Source: Clostridiales bacterium (GTDB lineage Bacteria > Bacillota > Clostridia > Oscillospirales > RGIG5299). Taken from it: a stretch of 34,745 nt of DNA. The stretch lies in the NCBI GenBank assembly GCA_016281405.1, contig JAEEIO010000160.1:1-34745 (forward strand), read 5' to 3'. The position numbers were made by a program, and so were the translations under genes. A model generated the notes under the pieces. It had not been told where the DNA came from, searched no databases, and saw only the letters and a list, made by a program, of their open reading frames with translations. Below are positions 6,417 through 15,716 of this stretch, piece by piece; position 1 is the first letter of the stretch, and the number at the start of each line of letters is the position of its first letter.

Positions 6417-8330
6417 ATGAGTTTTTTTAAGAAAGCGTCAATAATATTCTTAACGCTGCTCCTTTGCGCCGTTATGACCCTGTCGGCGGCGGCCGCAAAC
6501 TCCAAAGCCGCGGTCGACATTACGGACATGACCGTGGCGGAGCTTCAGAAAGCCGTCGACGACGGCATTATCGACTATTACACCATAACCAAGCTTTATC
6601 TCGACAGAATTACGGCCTACGGCGCGCAGTTCGGGTCCGAAAGCGGCGCTGTCATAACCATAAGTCAGACGGCGCTCGAAGAGGCTAAAGCCAAAGACGA
6701 GGAGCACAAGACGCTCGAAAGTCACAGCGATGTCTTCGGTATTCCGATAGTCGTTAAAGACAATATCGACGTCAAGGGGATGCCGACGACGGCCGCGTCA
6801 AAAGAGATGAGAGATAACTACCCCAACGACGACGCGCCCGTTATAAAGACGCTTAAGGAGCAGGGCGCGATAGTTATAGCAAAGGCCAACATGAGTTATT
6901 TCGCGATATGCGCTTACGAGTCGACCGGCTCTTACGGAAGCGTCGTGAACGCCTACGACTTATCGGCGTCTGCCTACGGCTCGTCAAGCGGGTCGTGCGT
7001 TTGCGTCGCGGCAAAGCTCGCGCCTTTGGCGCTTGGCACCGACACCAACGCCTCGCTTCGTAATCCCGCCTCGGCAAACGGCGTCGTGGCGATAAGGCCG
7101 ACCTACGGCATGCTCTCGCTTGACGGCGTTATTCCCTACGACTATTACAGAGATACCGTTGGCCCCATAGCCGCGAACGTCTACGACTGCGCCACGCTTT
7201 TGGGGGCGCTTACGGGCGACAGCGGGAAATACACGGGCGGTCTTTCGGGGACGAGTCTTGCGGGCATGAAGATTGGTATTCCGAGAGAGCTCGTTTACTC
7301 GGTCGAAAGCAAGAAGGCGACCATACCGATATTGAAATACCAGAACGACACGACGGTCGCGCTTATGAATCAGGTCGCCTCGGTCTTCGAGGCGCAGGGG
7401 GCGACGGTCGAGTGGCTCGACGGACTTGTCGACGACGATATAAACTATCTCGTTCAGATAAGCTTTTCAAACTGGACCTTCGAGCCGTGGTTCAACGAGT
7501 ATATCAAGGGGACGACCGGAAAGATAAGAAAGTTTTCGCAGCTTGCCGCAAAGTCGAGTCAGCTCGACGACTACACCCTCGGGAAGACGCTCGACCAGTG
7601 CAAAGACAGGCTCGATAAAAATATGGCAAACGCCCAGAGGGTGAAAGACCGCATAGACTCCTATTTCGCGAAATACGGCCTTGACGCCATAGTATATCCG
7701 ACCATGCAGACGACGGTGCAGAAGTCGAAGTCTGTGCTTTCGAGCTATTATTCAAACGCCTTTCTGCTGGCGCCGACCTGCCGTTACCCCGCCCTCTCGA
7801 TGCCGATGGGCACCGACGAGAACGGACTTCCGATGGGCTTCGACATCATGTGTCAGGCCGACGGCGAGCAGACGATCTTCAAGATAGCCTACGCCTACGA
7901 GCAGGTGGCGACGAAGATACCCGCGACGACGCTTGCGCCCGCGCTTTACACCGTGCCTCAGAACGTCGAGATCCTCAAGAAGCTCTATTTTGAAGAGCTT
8001 CCCGAGCGAACCGAGGAGCGCTCCGACAGCGTCTACGGCAAGGTCACCGAGGCGCACGACGATATTGCCAAGTTTTTCAAGGAATACGACAGCTGCGCCG
8101 ACCCCGACAAGGAGTCGTTGACTCTTATTGACAATTACAAGGGCGCGGTGCTCGAATACAGACAGTATCAGGATAATTTGAGACGTCAGCACAGTATAAT
8201 GGTGTTCATTATCGTCTTCGTCGCGATCATCGTGCTTCTGACGGTGGGTTACGTTTTCTTTACCGCGGCGAGAAGGAAAAACCGCAAGGCGAAGGCGAGA
8301 ATGAATAATACCAGAAGATACAGAAGATAA
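6417..8330 (+). CDS. Secreted, C-terminally membrane-anchored amidase-signature (AS) family enzyme
   Basis: Sec signal peptide; catalytic Lys in VVKDNI, GSSSGS, nucleophile region GTDTNASLRNPA, RPTYG; C-terminal TM helix followed by a basic tail. Confidence 0.88.
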   Translation: MSFFKKASIIFLTLLLCAVMTLSAAAANSKAAVDITDMTVAELQKAVDDGIIDYYTITKLYLDRITAYGAQFGSESGAVITISQTALEEAKAKDEEHKTLESHSDVFGIPIVVKDNIDVKGMPTTAASKEMRDNYPNDDAPVIKTLKEQGAIVIAKANMSYFAICAYESTGSYGSVVNAYDLSASAYGSSSGSCVCVAAKLAPLALGTDTNASLRNPASANGVVAIRPTYGMLSLDGVIPYDYYRDTVGPIAANVYDCATLLGALTGDSGKYTGGLSGTSLAGMKIGIPRELVYSVESKKATIPILKYQNDTTVALMNQVASVFEAQGATVEWLDGLVDDDINYLVQISFSNWTFEPWFNEYIKGTTGKIRKFSQLAAKSSQLDDYTLGKTLDQCKDRLDKNMANAQRVKDRIDSYFAKYGLDAIVYPTMQTTVQKSKSVLSSYYSNAFLLAPTCRYPALSMPMGTDENGLPMGFDIMCQADGEQTIFKIAYAYEQVATKIPATTLAPALYTVPQNVEILKKLYFEELPERTEERSDSVYGKVTEAHDDIAKFFKEYDSCADPDKESLTLIDNYKGAVLEYRQYQDNLRRQHSIMVFIIVFVAIIVLLTVGYVFFTAARRKNRKAKARMNNTRRYRR

Positions 8331-8342
8331 CGGTGTAAAGAT

Positions 8343-9539
8343 ATGGCTTACGAATATATTGAACGGTTCAAGGGACTGGGCTTCGGGCTGTTCGTCCATT
8401 TCGGGCTTTACAGCGTCGTCGGAAAGGGCGAGTGGCACCGCGTCACCCTTTCGGAAGACGGGAAAAAGGAATACGAAAAGCTGACGGAGCGGTTTGACGT
8501 CAAAAAAGACTGGGCGACTGAACTTGTTAAGACCGCGAAGGACGCGGGATGCAGGTATATTACCATTACCGCGAGGCATCACGACGGCTTTTCGCTTTAT
8601 GACGCGGGAAGACTCTCGGATTTCGACGCGCCGCATTCGGCGGCGGAACGCGACCTTATAAAAGAGTTTGTCGAAGCCTGCCGCGAGGGAGGCGTCGTTC
8701 CCTTCTTTTATCACACGCTTTTGGATTGGCATGATCCAAGATATAAGAGCGATTTCAAGGCTTATACCGATTATCTGATAAAGAGCGTCGAACTGCTTTG
8801 CCGTAATTACGGCGAGATAGGCGGTCTTTGGTTTGACGGTATGTGGGATAAGCCCGACGCCGACTGGCGTGAAGACGAGCTTTACGGGACGATAAGAAAG
8901 TATCAGCCAGAGGCGATGATCATAAACAACACCGGGCTTTCAAAGCTCGGCGAATTGGGACACAAGGAAATCGACAGCGTGACGTTCGAGCGCGGCGCTC
9001 CAAGGAAGGTATTAAACGGAGACAAGCCCGTGGCGGGCGAGATGTGCCAGGTGCTTAACGACCACTGGGGCTATGCGGAAGACGACCTCAATTACAAATC
9101 GTTAAAGTCGCTTATTTGCGACCTCGTCGACTGCCGCATAAACGACTGCAATTTTCTTCTGAACACGGGACTCACGGGCGACGGCGGGGTGCAGGCTTTA
9201 GACCGTGAGATACTCAAAAAAATCGGCCGCTTTATTGAAGTCAACAAAGGGTTTATTTACGGCGCGAGGCCGTGCGATATTAAGGCAGAAGGCGCGGACG
9301 TGCTGTTTGACGGCGTCCACTATTACGCCGTTATAAAAGACGTTCAGATGAGCCTTGACACGAACGTGTCGTTAAAGAGCGGCCGCAGGGTCGTAAAGAT
9401 TGACGCCGACGTCAAAAACGCCGTCTGGCTCGATTGCGGCAAAGAGGCCGCAAGGGACGGCGACGGCTTTACGGTCGAGCCGTTCGAATACGGCGTGAGT
9501 TATATCGCGCGCGTTTTGCAATTTGATATAGGAGCGTAA
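8343..9539 (+). CDS. GH29 alpha-L-fucosidase family glycoside hydrolase (no signal peptide)
   Basis: GLFVHFGLYS, TARHHDGFSLY, nucleophile motif WFDGMW, WGY, NFLLN. Confidence 0.9.
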   Translation: MAYEYIERFKGLGFGLFVHFGLYSVVGKGEWHRVTLSEDGKKEYEKLTERFDVKKDWATELVKTAKDAGCRYITITARHHDGFSLYDAGRLSDFDAPHSAAERDLIKEFVEACREGGVVPFFYHTLLDWHDPRYKSDFKAYTDYLIKSVELLCRNYGEIGGLWFDGMWDKPDADWREDELYGTIRKYQPEAMIINNTGLSKLGELGHKEIDSVTFERGAPRKVLNGDKPVAGEMCQVLNDHWGYAEDDLNYKSLKSLICDLVDCRINDCNFLLNTGLTGDGGVQALDREILKKIGRFIEVNKGFIYGARPCDIKAEGADVLFDGVHYYAVIKDVQMSLDTNVSLKSGRRVVKIDADVKNAVWLDCGKEAARDGDGFTVEPFEYGVSYIARVLQFDIGA

Positions 9540-9543
9540 TAAT

Positions 9544-12372
9544 ATGAAAGAAACCGAGAGCAAATATCAGTGTATTCCCTTCTGGTCCTGGAACGGCGAG
9601 CTTGACGAGGAAAAGCTGTGTAGGCAGATCGAGTGGATGAAGTCTAAAGGCGTGGGCGGCTTTTTTATGCACGCCCGCGGCGGACTTAAGACAGAGTATC
9701 TCGGCGAAAAATGGTTTTCGTGCGTGAGCGCCTGCGTCGAAAAGGCGAACGAGCTCGGCATGCAGGCCTACGCCTACGACGAAAACGGCTGGCCGAGCGG
9801 TTTTGCGGGCGGCAAGCTGCTTGAAGATATTGAAAATCACGATATGTATATCGAATATTACGTCGGCCCGTTTGACGAAAAGGCCGACCTTTCATACGAT
9901 ATTTCGGGGGACAGGCTTATCCGCGCCGAAGGCGGCGAAAACTGCCTTAACCTTTATTTGAAGCATTCTTCGTCGACGGCGGACATTTTAAATCCCGAGG
10001 TCGTCGAAAAGTTTATGGCGCTGACCCACGACGAGTATAAAAAGCGGGACAGGGGCGGTCTCGTCGGCTTTTTCACCGACGAGCCGCAGTATTACCGCTG
10101 GGGGACGTCGTATACCCGCGTTCTTCCGGACTATTTCAAAAAGAAATACGGCGAGGACTTATTCGACGGGTTGGGGCTTTTGTTCGTTGAGAAAGAGGGA
10201 TACAGAGAGTTCCGATACAGGTATTGGAAGAGCATGCAGGAGCTCATGCTCGAAAGCTTCGCGAAAAAGGTCTACGACCGCTGCGAGAAATACGGCTACA
10301 AGTTTACGGGACATTACGTCCAGGAAAACGGCATAGGCGAACAGATAATGTGCTGCGGCGGCGTTATGCCCTTCTACGAATACGAGCATATACCGGGGAT
10401 CGACTGGCTCGGCAGGGGCATTGAGACCGAGCTTGCGCCGAAGCAGCTCGGGTCGGCGGCCGCGCAGCTCGGAAAAAGACAGACTTTGACCGAGACCTTC
10501 GCCTGCGTGGGCTGGGACGCCACGCCGAGAGAGCTCAAGCATATCGCAGAGTTTCAATACGTCCACGGCCTTAATCTTATGTGTCAGCACCTTCTTCCCT
10601 ACGCCGAGGACGGTCAGCGAAAGAGGGATTACCCCGAGCATTTCTCTTACGTCAATCCGTGGATAAACAAGGGCTTTAAGACGTTTAACGGATATTTTTC
10701 CGTTCTTGGAAAAACGCTTTCGCAGAGCACGGAAGTCGTCGACGTCGCGGTGCTTCACCCCTTAAGAAGCGCATATTTCGATTACAGGCGTATGGAAACG
10801 ATGCCTGACGGAAAGCAGCGCGAATTCAGAGGCTTTAACGTCTCGGACATAAACGACTCTTTCCAGAAGTTTGTGGAAGACCTCGGGAAAAAGCAGATAC
10901 CGCACCATTACGTTGACGAGACTATTCTCGCGCGGCACGGTCACGTCGAGGGAGACGTTTTGGTCTGCGGAAAATGCCGTTATAAATACCTGATAATTCC
11001 TAAAATATACACGATGGACGCCTCGACCGAAAAGCTTATAAGGGAATACGTCGAAAACGGCGGCAAGGTATTGCTTACGGACGAAAAGCCTTCGTATCTC
11101 GAGGGGAAGCCGTTTGATTACGGCTATCTGAAATCGAATATTACTCTTGATGAGATAAAGGCGGCGCTTCCGGTGACGGGCGAGGAAAACGCGAATATCC
11201 GCTTTACCTATCGCGTCGGCGACGACGGCAAAGAGTTCGTTTACGCCGTAAATCTCGGCGGCAAGACGAGCTGGAAGGTCATAACCGACAGAGCGAAGTC
11301 GTTTTCGGGATATGATATTCTGAAGGACGAATACTTCCCCGTAGGGAAAGAGATCGAGTTTTCGGAGTATCAGTCTTACCTTCTTTATTTTGACGATAAA
11401 GACTACGAAACCGTAAAAAAGGAAAAGACGTATATAGGCTTGCCCGAGAGGTTTTCGGTTTCGGAGAAGGTCGATAATTATTTAACTCTCGACCTTGTGA
11501 GCTATTCGTTTGACGGAGTGAATTACGGGAAGGCCGTCCACCACATGTGCGCCCTCGACGGACTGCTCCGGGCAAGATACCGCGGGAAGCTTTATCTGAA
11601 ATACGCCTTCGACGTAAAGTCGGCGCCGAAGCGCTGTAAGCTCCTTATCGAAGACACCAATCTACAGAGCGTTTTCGTTAACGGCAAGAAGGCGAAGGTC
11701 TCCGGGCGCTCGGAGGTCGAAGAAAAGCTTTTATACTGCGACGTCGCGGAGTTTATAAAACGCGGCAAGAACGAAATAGTGGCCGTTATAGACTATTATC
11801 AGGGCGATAACGTCTACGACGTGCTTTTCGGCGACGGAACCGAGAGTTTAAGAAACTGTCTGGCATACGATACCACTATCGAGCCCGTTTATCTGAAGGG
11901 CGATTTCGGCGTATACGGCAAGTTCGAGGACGGCAAGACGGAAGGCGCGCTTTTGGGTGAAGAGTTCTATATTGACGAACAGAAGAAAGAGGTCTCTTCT
12001 CTTATCAAGGACGGCTTCCCCTTCTTCAGAGGAGACATTACGTTAAAGGGCAAGGTATATGCCGACAGTGAGAACGCCTCGCTGTTTGTCGGAAAGCGCT
12101 TTCAGATGATGAAAGTCAAGGTAAACGGCAAAGAGGCGGGCGAGATGCTCTTTTCAAAAGAACTCGACCTTTCGGGGCTTTTAAGAAAGGGCGAAAACGA
12201 AATTGAAATAACCCTGACGGTCGGAAACAGAAATCTCTTGGGTCCCTTCCACGCGCCTGACGAGGAGCCCCGCTGGATCGGTCCCTTCACGTTCGAGCGG
12301 TTCGGGAGCTGGAAAGACGGAAAGAGCGATATGTATAGAGAGTCCTACGCCTTTATGAAAACGGTTATATAA
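9544..12372 (+). CDS. GH106-like (alpha-L-rhamnosidase-type) glycoside hydrolase, no signal peptide
   Basis: PFWSWNG, GGFFMHARGGL, YDENGWPSGFAGG, FFTDEP, PGIDWL, RKRDYP; 942 aa with beta-rich C-terminal region. Confidence 0.8.
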   Translation: MKETESKYQCIPFWSWNGELDEEKLCRQIEWMKSKGVGGFFMHARGGLKTEYLGEKWFSCVSACVEKANELGMQAYAYDENGWPSGFAGGKLLEDIENHDMYIEYYVGPFDEKADLSYDISGDRLIRAEGGENCLNLYLKHSSSTADILNPEVVEKFMALTHDEYKKRDRGGLVGFFTDEPQYYRWGTSYTRVLPDYFKKKYGEDLFDGLGLLFVEKEGYREFRYRYWKSMQELMLESFAKKVYDRCEKYGYKFTGHYVQENGIGEQIMCCGGVMPFYEYEHIPGIDWLGRGIETELAPKQLGSAAAQLGKRQTLTETFACVGWDATPRELKHIAEFQYVHGLNLMCQHLLPYAEDGQRKRDYPEHFSYVNPWINKGFKTFNGYFSVLGKTLSQSTEVVDVAVLHPLRSAYFDYRRMETMPDGKQREFRGFNVSDINDSFQKFVEDLGKKQIPHHYVDETILARHGHVEGDVLVCGKCRYKYLIIPKIYTMDASTEKLIREYVENGGKVLLTDEKPSYLEGKPFDYGYLKSNITLDEIKAALPVTGEENANIRFTYRVGDDGKEFVYAVNLGGKTSWKVITDRAKSFSGYDILKDEYFPVGKEIEFSEYQSYLLYFDDKDYETVKKEKTYIGLPERFSVSEKVDNYLTLDLVSYSFDGVNYGKAVHHMCALDGLLRARYRGKLYLKYAFDVKSAPKRCKLLIEDTNLQSVFVNGKKAKVSGRSEVEEKLLYCDVAEFIKRGKNEIVAVIDYYQGDNVYDVLFGDGTESLRNCLAYDTTIEPVYLKGDFGVYGKFEDGKTEGALLGEEFYIDEQKKEVSSLIKDGFPFFRGDITLKGKVYADSENASLFVGKRFQMMKVKVNGKEAGEMLFSKELDLSGLLRKGENEIEITLTVGNRNLLGPFHAPDEEPRWIGPFTFERFGSWKDGKSDMYRESYAFMKTVI

Positions 12373-12374
12373 AT

Positions 12375-12410
12375 TAAAAATCCTCCGCGTAAGCGGAGGA
12401 TTTAATTTTA
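12375..12410. terminator. Bidirectional terminator between convergent GH106 and serS
   Basis: AAATCCTCCGC-GTAA-GCGGAGGATTT (12378-12403) flanked by A- and T-rich tracts. Confidence 0.85.
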
Positions 12411-12411
12411 T

Positions 12412-13698
12412 TTATTTGGTTTTTTCGAGTTTGGTCTGCCCGCGCATATAGGGGACGAGTGCGGGGGGAATGGTCACGCTGCCGTCCTGCTGAAGATGAT
12501 TTTCGAGGAAGGCGATAAGCATTCTCGGCGGGGCGACGACGGTGTTGTTTAAGGTGTGGGCGAAGTATTTGCCGTTTTCGCCCGCGACTCTTATCTTTAA
12601 GCGGCGGGCCTGGGCGTCGCCGAGGTTGGAGCAGCTTCCGACCTCGAAATATTTCTTCTGACGCGGCGACCACGCCTCGACGTCAAGCGATTTTACCTTG
12701 AGGTCGGCGAGGTCTCCCGAGCAGCACTCGAGGGTGCGGACGGGTATCTCGAGGCTTCTGAAAAAGTCGACGGTGTTCTGCCAGAGTTTATTGAACCACA
12801 TGGGCGACTCTTCGGGGCGGCAGACGACTATCATTTCCTGCTTTTCAAACTGGTGGATGCGGTAGACGCCGCGCTCCTCTATGCCGTGCGCGCCCTTTTC
12901 CTTGCGGAAGCAGGGAGAGTAGCTCGTTAAGGTGTAGGGGAGTTTTTCCTCGGGGATGATGGTGTCTATAAAGCGGCCTATCATCGAGTGCTCGCTGGTG
13001 CCTATAAGATAAAGGTCTTCGCCCTCTATCTTATACATCATGGCGTCCATCTCGGCAAAGCTCATAACGCCCGTGACGACGTCGCTTCTTATCATGAAAG
13101 GCGGCACGCAATAGGTGAAGCCGCGGTCTATCATAAAGTTTCTCGCGTAGGTGAGGATGGCCGAGTGAAGCTCGGCGATCGGGCCCGTGAGATAATAGAA
13201 GCCGTTGCCCGCGACCTTTCTCGCGCTGTCTAAGTCTATGCCCGAGAGGCTTTCCATGATCTCGGTGTGATAGGGTATTTCGAACGGAGGCACGACGGGC
13301 TCGCCGAAGCGCTCTATTTCGACGTTTTCGCTGTCGTCCTTGCCTATCGGGACGGAGGGGTCGATAATGTTGGGTATGACCATCATTATCTTCTTTATTT
13401 TTTCGTCGAGCTCGGCTTCCTTCTGCTCGAGGAAAATAAGGCGTTCGGACTGCTCGGTCACGTGTTTCTTTATCTTTTCGGCCTCTTCCTTCTCGCCCTT
13501 CGCCATAAGCGCGCCTATCTGCTTGCTTATGCGGTTGCGGTCTGCGCGCAGCGCGTCGGCTTCCATGATAGTTTTTCTGTTCTCGGCGTCGAAGGCTATG
13601 ACCTCGTCGACAAGCGGCAGTTTGCTATCCTGAAACTTGTTTTTAATATTCTGTTTGACTATATCGGGGTTTTCTCTTAAAAACTTGATGTCGATCAT
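12412..13698 (-). CDS. serS: Seryl-tRNA synthetase
   Basis: MIDIKFLRENP N-terminus with coiled-coil arm, LIGTSE, motif 2 CFRKE...RIHQFEK, EVGSCSN, HTLN...R motif 3. Confidence 0.97.
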   Translation of the reverse strand: MIDIKFLRENPDIVKQNIKNKFQDSKLPLVDEVIAFDAENRKTIMEADALRADRNRISKQIGALMAKGEKEEAEKIKKHVTEQSERLIFLEQKEAELDEKIKKIMMVIPNIIDPSVPIGKDDSENVEIERFGEPVVPPFEIPYHTEIMESLSGIDLDSARKVAGNGFYYLTGPIAELHSAILTYARNFMIDRGFTYCVPPFMIRSDVVTGVMSFAEMDAMMYKIEGEDLYLIGTSEHSMIGRFIDTIIPEEKLPYTLTSYSPCFRKEKGAHGIEERGVYRIHQFEKQEMIVVCRPEESPMWFNKLWQNTVDFFRSLEIPVRTLECCSGDLADLKVKSLDVEAWSPRQKKYFEVGSCSNLGDAQARRLKIRVAGENGKYFAHTLNNTVVAPPRMLIAFLENHLQQDGSVTIPPALVPYMRGQTKLEKTK

Positions 13699-13713
13699 TT
13701 GCCGTCAGACCTT

Positions 13714-14820
13714 TCAACCCATGAGCTTATTGAGGAGGATGTCGAGGTCGTCGTCGGCGGGAACGGGCTCGGCGGGCTTTTCGGGCTCCGTCTCGGCGGG
13801 CTTTTCGGGCTCGGCGACGGTCTCTTCGGATTTAGGCTCTTCAATGGGCTTGCGGGGCTTCGGGACGTCGTCGAAACCGGAGGCAATGACGGTTATCTTC
13901 ATTTCGTCCTGCATGCTGTCGTCAAGCGAGGTGCCCCAGAAGATGTTGCCGTTTTCGTTGACGGCCTCGAATATCATATTGGAGGCGCGGTAGATCTCGT
14001 CGAGGGTTATGTCGGACGACGAGGTGATGTTGACTATGATGCCCTTGGCGCCGTCGATGGAGGTCTCGAGAAGCTGAGACGAGATGGCCGCCTGAGCCGC
14101 CTGCTCGGCCTTATCCTTGCCCTGGCCGTAGCCGATGCCGATGTGGGTCTTGCCCGCGTCCTTCATGACCGACTTGATGTCGGCGAAGTCGAGGTTGACG
14201 AGACCGGGAACGGTGATGAGGTCGGATATGCCCTGTATGCCCTGCTTTAAGACTATGTCGGCGGTTTTGAAGGCTTCACGGAGTTCTATCTTGCCGTCGA
14301 GAATGCTGATAAGACGGTCGTTGGGGATGACGACGAGGGAGTCGACGTTTTCAAGAAGATTGGCGGTGCCGGCTTCGGCCTGCTGCATCCTCTTTCTGCC
14401 CTCGAAGGAGAACGGTTTGGTGACGACGCCTATCGTGAGGATGTCGAGTTCTCTCGCGACGGCGGCGATGATGGGAGCGGCGCCTGTGCCCGTGCCGCCG
14501 CCCATACCGGCGGTGATGAAGACCATGTCGGCGCCTTTCAAAGCGTCGGCGATGAGTTCGCGGCTCTCTTCGGCGGCGAGACGGCCGATCTCGGGATTGG
14601 CGCCAGCGCCGAGTCCTCTCGAGACCTTCTCGCCGATCTGTATCTTATGGTTGGCGTTGGTCATGTAGAGATCCTGCAGGTCGGTGTTTATAGCTATAAA
14701 CTCGACTCCCTGCACGTTCTCGTCGACCATACGGTTAATGGCGTTTTTGCCGGCTCCGCCGACACCGACTACTTTGATTCTGACGACCTTATTTATTTCT
14801 TCAGCTATCCTAAAAGCCAT
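13714..14820 (-). CDS. ftsZ: Cell division protein FtsZ
   Basis: [13 protein letters not shown], tubulin signature [25 protein letters not shown]. Confidence 0.97.
   Translation of the reverse strand: MAFRIAEEINKVVRIKVVGVGGAGKNAINRMVDENVQGVEFIAINTDLQDLYMTNANHKIQIGEKVSRGLGAGANPEIGRLAAEESRELIADALKGADMVFITAGMGGGTGTGAAPIIAAVARELDILTIGVVTKPFSFEGRKRMQQAEAGTANLLENVDSLVVIPNDRLISILDGKIELREAFKTADIVLKQGIQGISDLITVPGLVNLDFADIKSVMKDAGKTHIGIGYGQGKDKAEQAAQAAISSQLLETSIDGAKGIIVNITSSSDITLDEIYRASNMIFEAVNENGNIFWGTSLDDSMQDEMKITVIASGFDDVPKPRKPIEEPKSEETVAEPEKPAETEPEKPAEPVPADDDLDILLNKLMG
13768..13812. repeat. 24-bp-period duplication in the FtsZ C-terminal linker (EPEKPAE x2)
   Basis: CTCGGCGGGCTTTTCGGGCTC at 13768-13788 and 13792-13812. 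Confidence 0.85.
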
Positions 14821-14850
14821 TTTCGTTACTCCTTATATTTTATCTATTAT

Positions 14851-14879
14851 ATTTTATAACATATTGCGCTATTTTTCAA
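14851..14879 (-). promoter_or_regulatory. Putative sigmaA promoter for ftsZ-serS
   Basis: Minus strand TTGAAA (14879-14874), 17 nt, TAAAAT (14856-14851); AAGGAG RBS before ftsZ. Confidence 0.6.
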
Positions 14880-14890
14880 GATGTTTATGC

Positions 14891-14921
14891 AAAAAAATTA
14901 GGCGATTATTCGCCTAATTTT
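14891..14921 (-). terminator. Terminator overlapping the ftsQ stop codon
   Basis: AAAATTAGGCGA-TTAT-TCGCCTAATTTT (14894-14921) with a T7 run on the minus strand (14891-14897). Confidence 0.7.
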
Positions 14922-15700
14922 AATTCGATCCATTCGTCGTCGGTCAAGGGTTTGTAAATCGCGGCGCTGACGCTGTCGTCACGGAAAAAAATCTCGGCTT
15001 TGCCCTCCTCGCCCTTGTGGTCCTCGATACATATAAGGGCGGCCGCGATTTTCCTCTGCAGGTTCTCGGTGTTGCCGAGATTTATCATGACGCGGGCGAG
15101 ATAGTCGAAGGTTATGTTATATCTTTTGGATATGTTTATTTCGCTTACGGAATCGTAGACGCCGCCGTCCTCGATGGCCTTTACGACCGTTCTGTAAATG
15201 CGGAGCGAGGTTTCGTCGCGGAATACCGGGACGAGTCCCGGCGTGGCGGAGGTCACGCCCGAGCCTAAAAGTTCGGGGAGGTTTGCCCTCTCACGGCGGA
15301 CGTCAAGCGCCTTGCCGTCTTTCGAGAGTATCGCCCATCCGTCCTCGGCGCGGACGGTGACGTATTCGCGCTCCTCGGTCAGCACTATGTCTATTTTATC
15401 GGGGAAATGTCGTTCGACGGAGGCCGAGGCAACGTAGGGGAATGCGTCCTTTACGGCCTGCTCGGCCTTGTTTTTGTCTATCAAAAAGATATTGTCGCCT
15501 TTTTTAAGGCCGCTCGCCTCTATGACGGCTTCGGCGTCGTAACGGCATTCGCCCGATACGCTTATGTTTCCTATTCTGAAAAATATGGCGGCGAGGACTA
15601 TGAAGGCGACGGCGATGACGAGGAAAAGAAGGAGGCCCTTTAGCCCTCTTCTTTTCTTTCTTGTGAAAGAGCTTTTCTTCTTTTTCGCCGTTGTTTTCAA
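14906..15700 (-). CDS. ftsQ: Cell division protein FtsQ/DivIB (POTRA domain)
   Basis: Basic N-tail, one TM helix, POTRA-like F-I-I-V-G...G-NIF...PYV...V-R-FP; lies between murA and ftsZ; TTG start with GGAG RBS. Confidence 0.85.
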   Translation of the reverse strand: MKTTAKKKKSSFTRKKRRGLKGLLLFLVIAVAFIVLAAIFFRIGNISVSGECRYDAEAVIEASGLKKGDNIFLIDKNKAEQAVKDAFPYVASASVERHFPDKIDIVLTEEREYVTVRAEDGWAILSKDGKALDVRRERANLPELLGSGVTSATPGLVPVFRDETSLRIYRTVVKAIEDGGVYDSVSEINISKRYNITFDYLARVMINLGNTENLQRKIAAALICIEDHKGEEGKAEIFFRDDSVSAAIYKPLTDDEWIELKLGE

Positions 15701-15716
15701 CTTTTTTCTCCGATTT

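Noticed and set aside
6417-8330. GatA (Glu-tRNA amidotransferase subunit A) assignment
   Set aside because: Has a signal peptide and TM anchor, no adjacent gatB/gatC, and a divergent signature.
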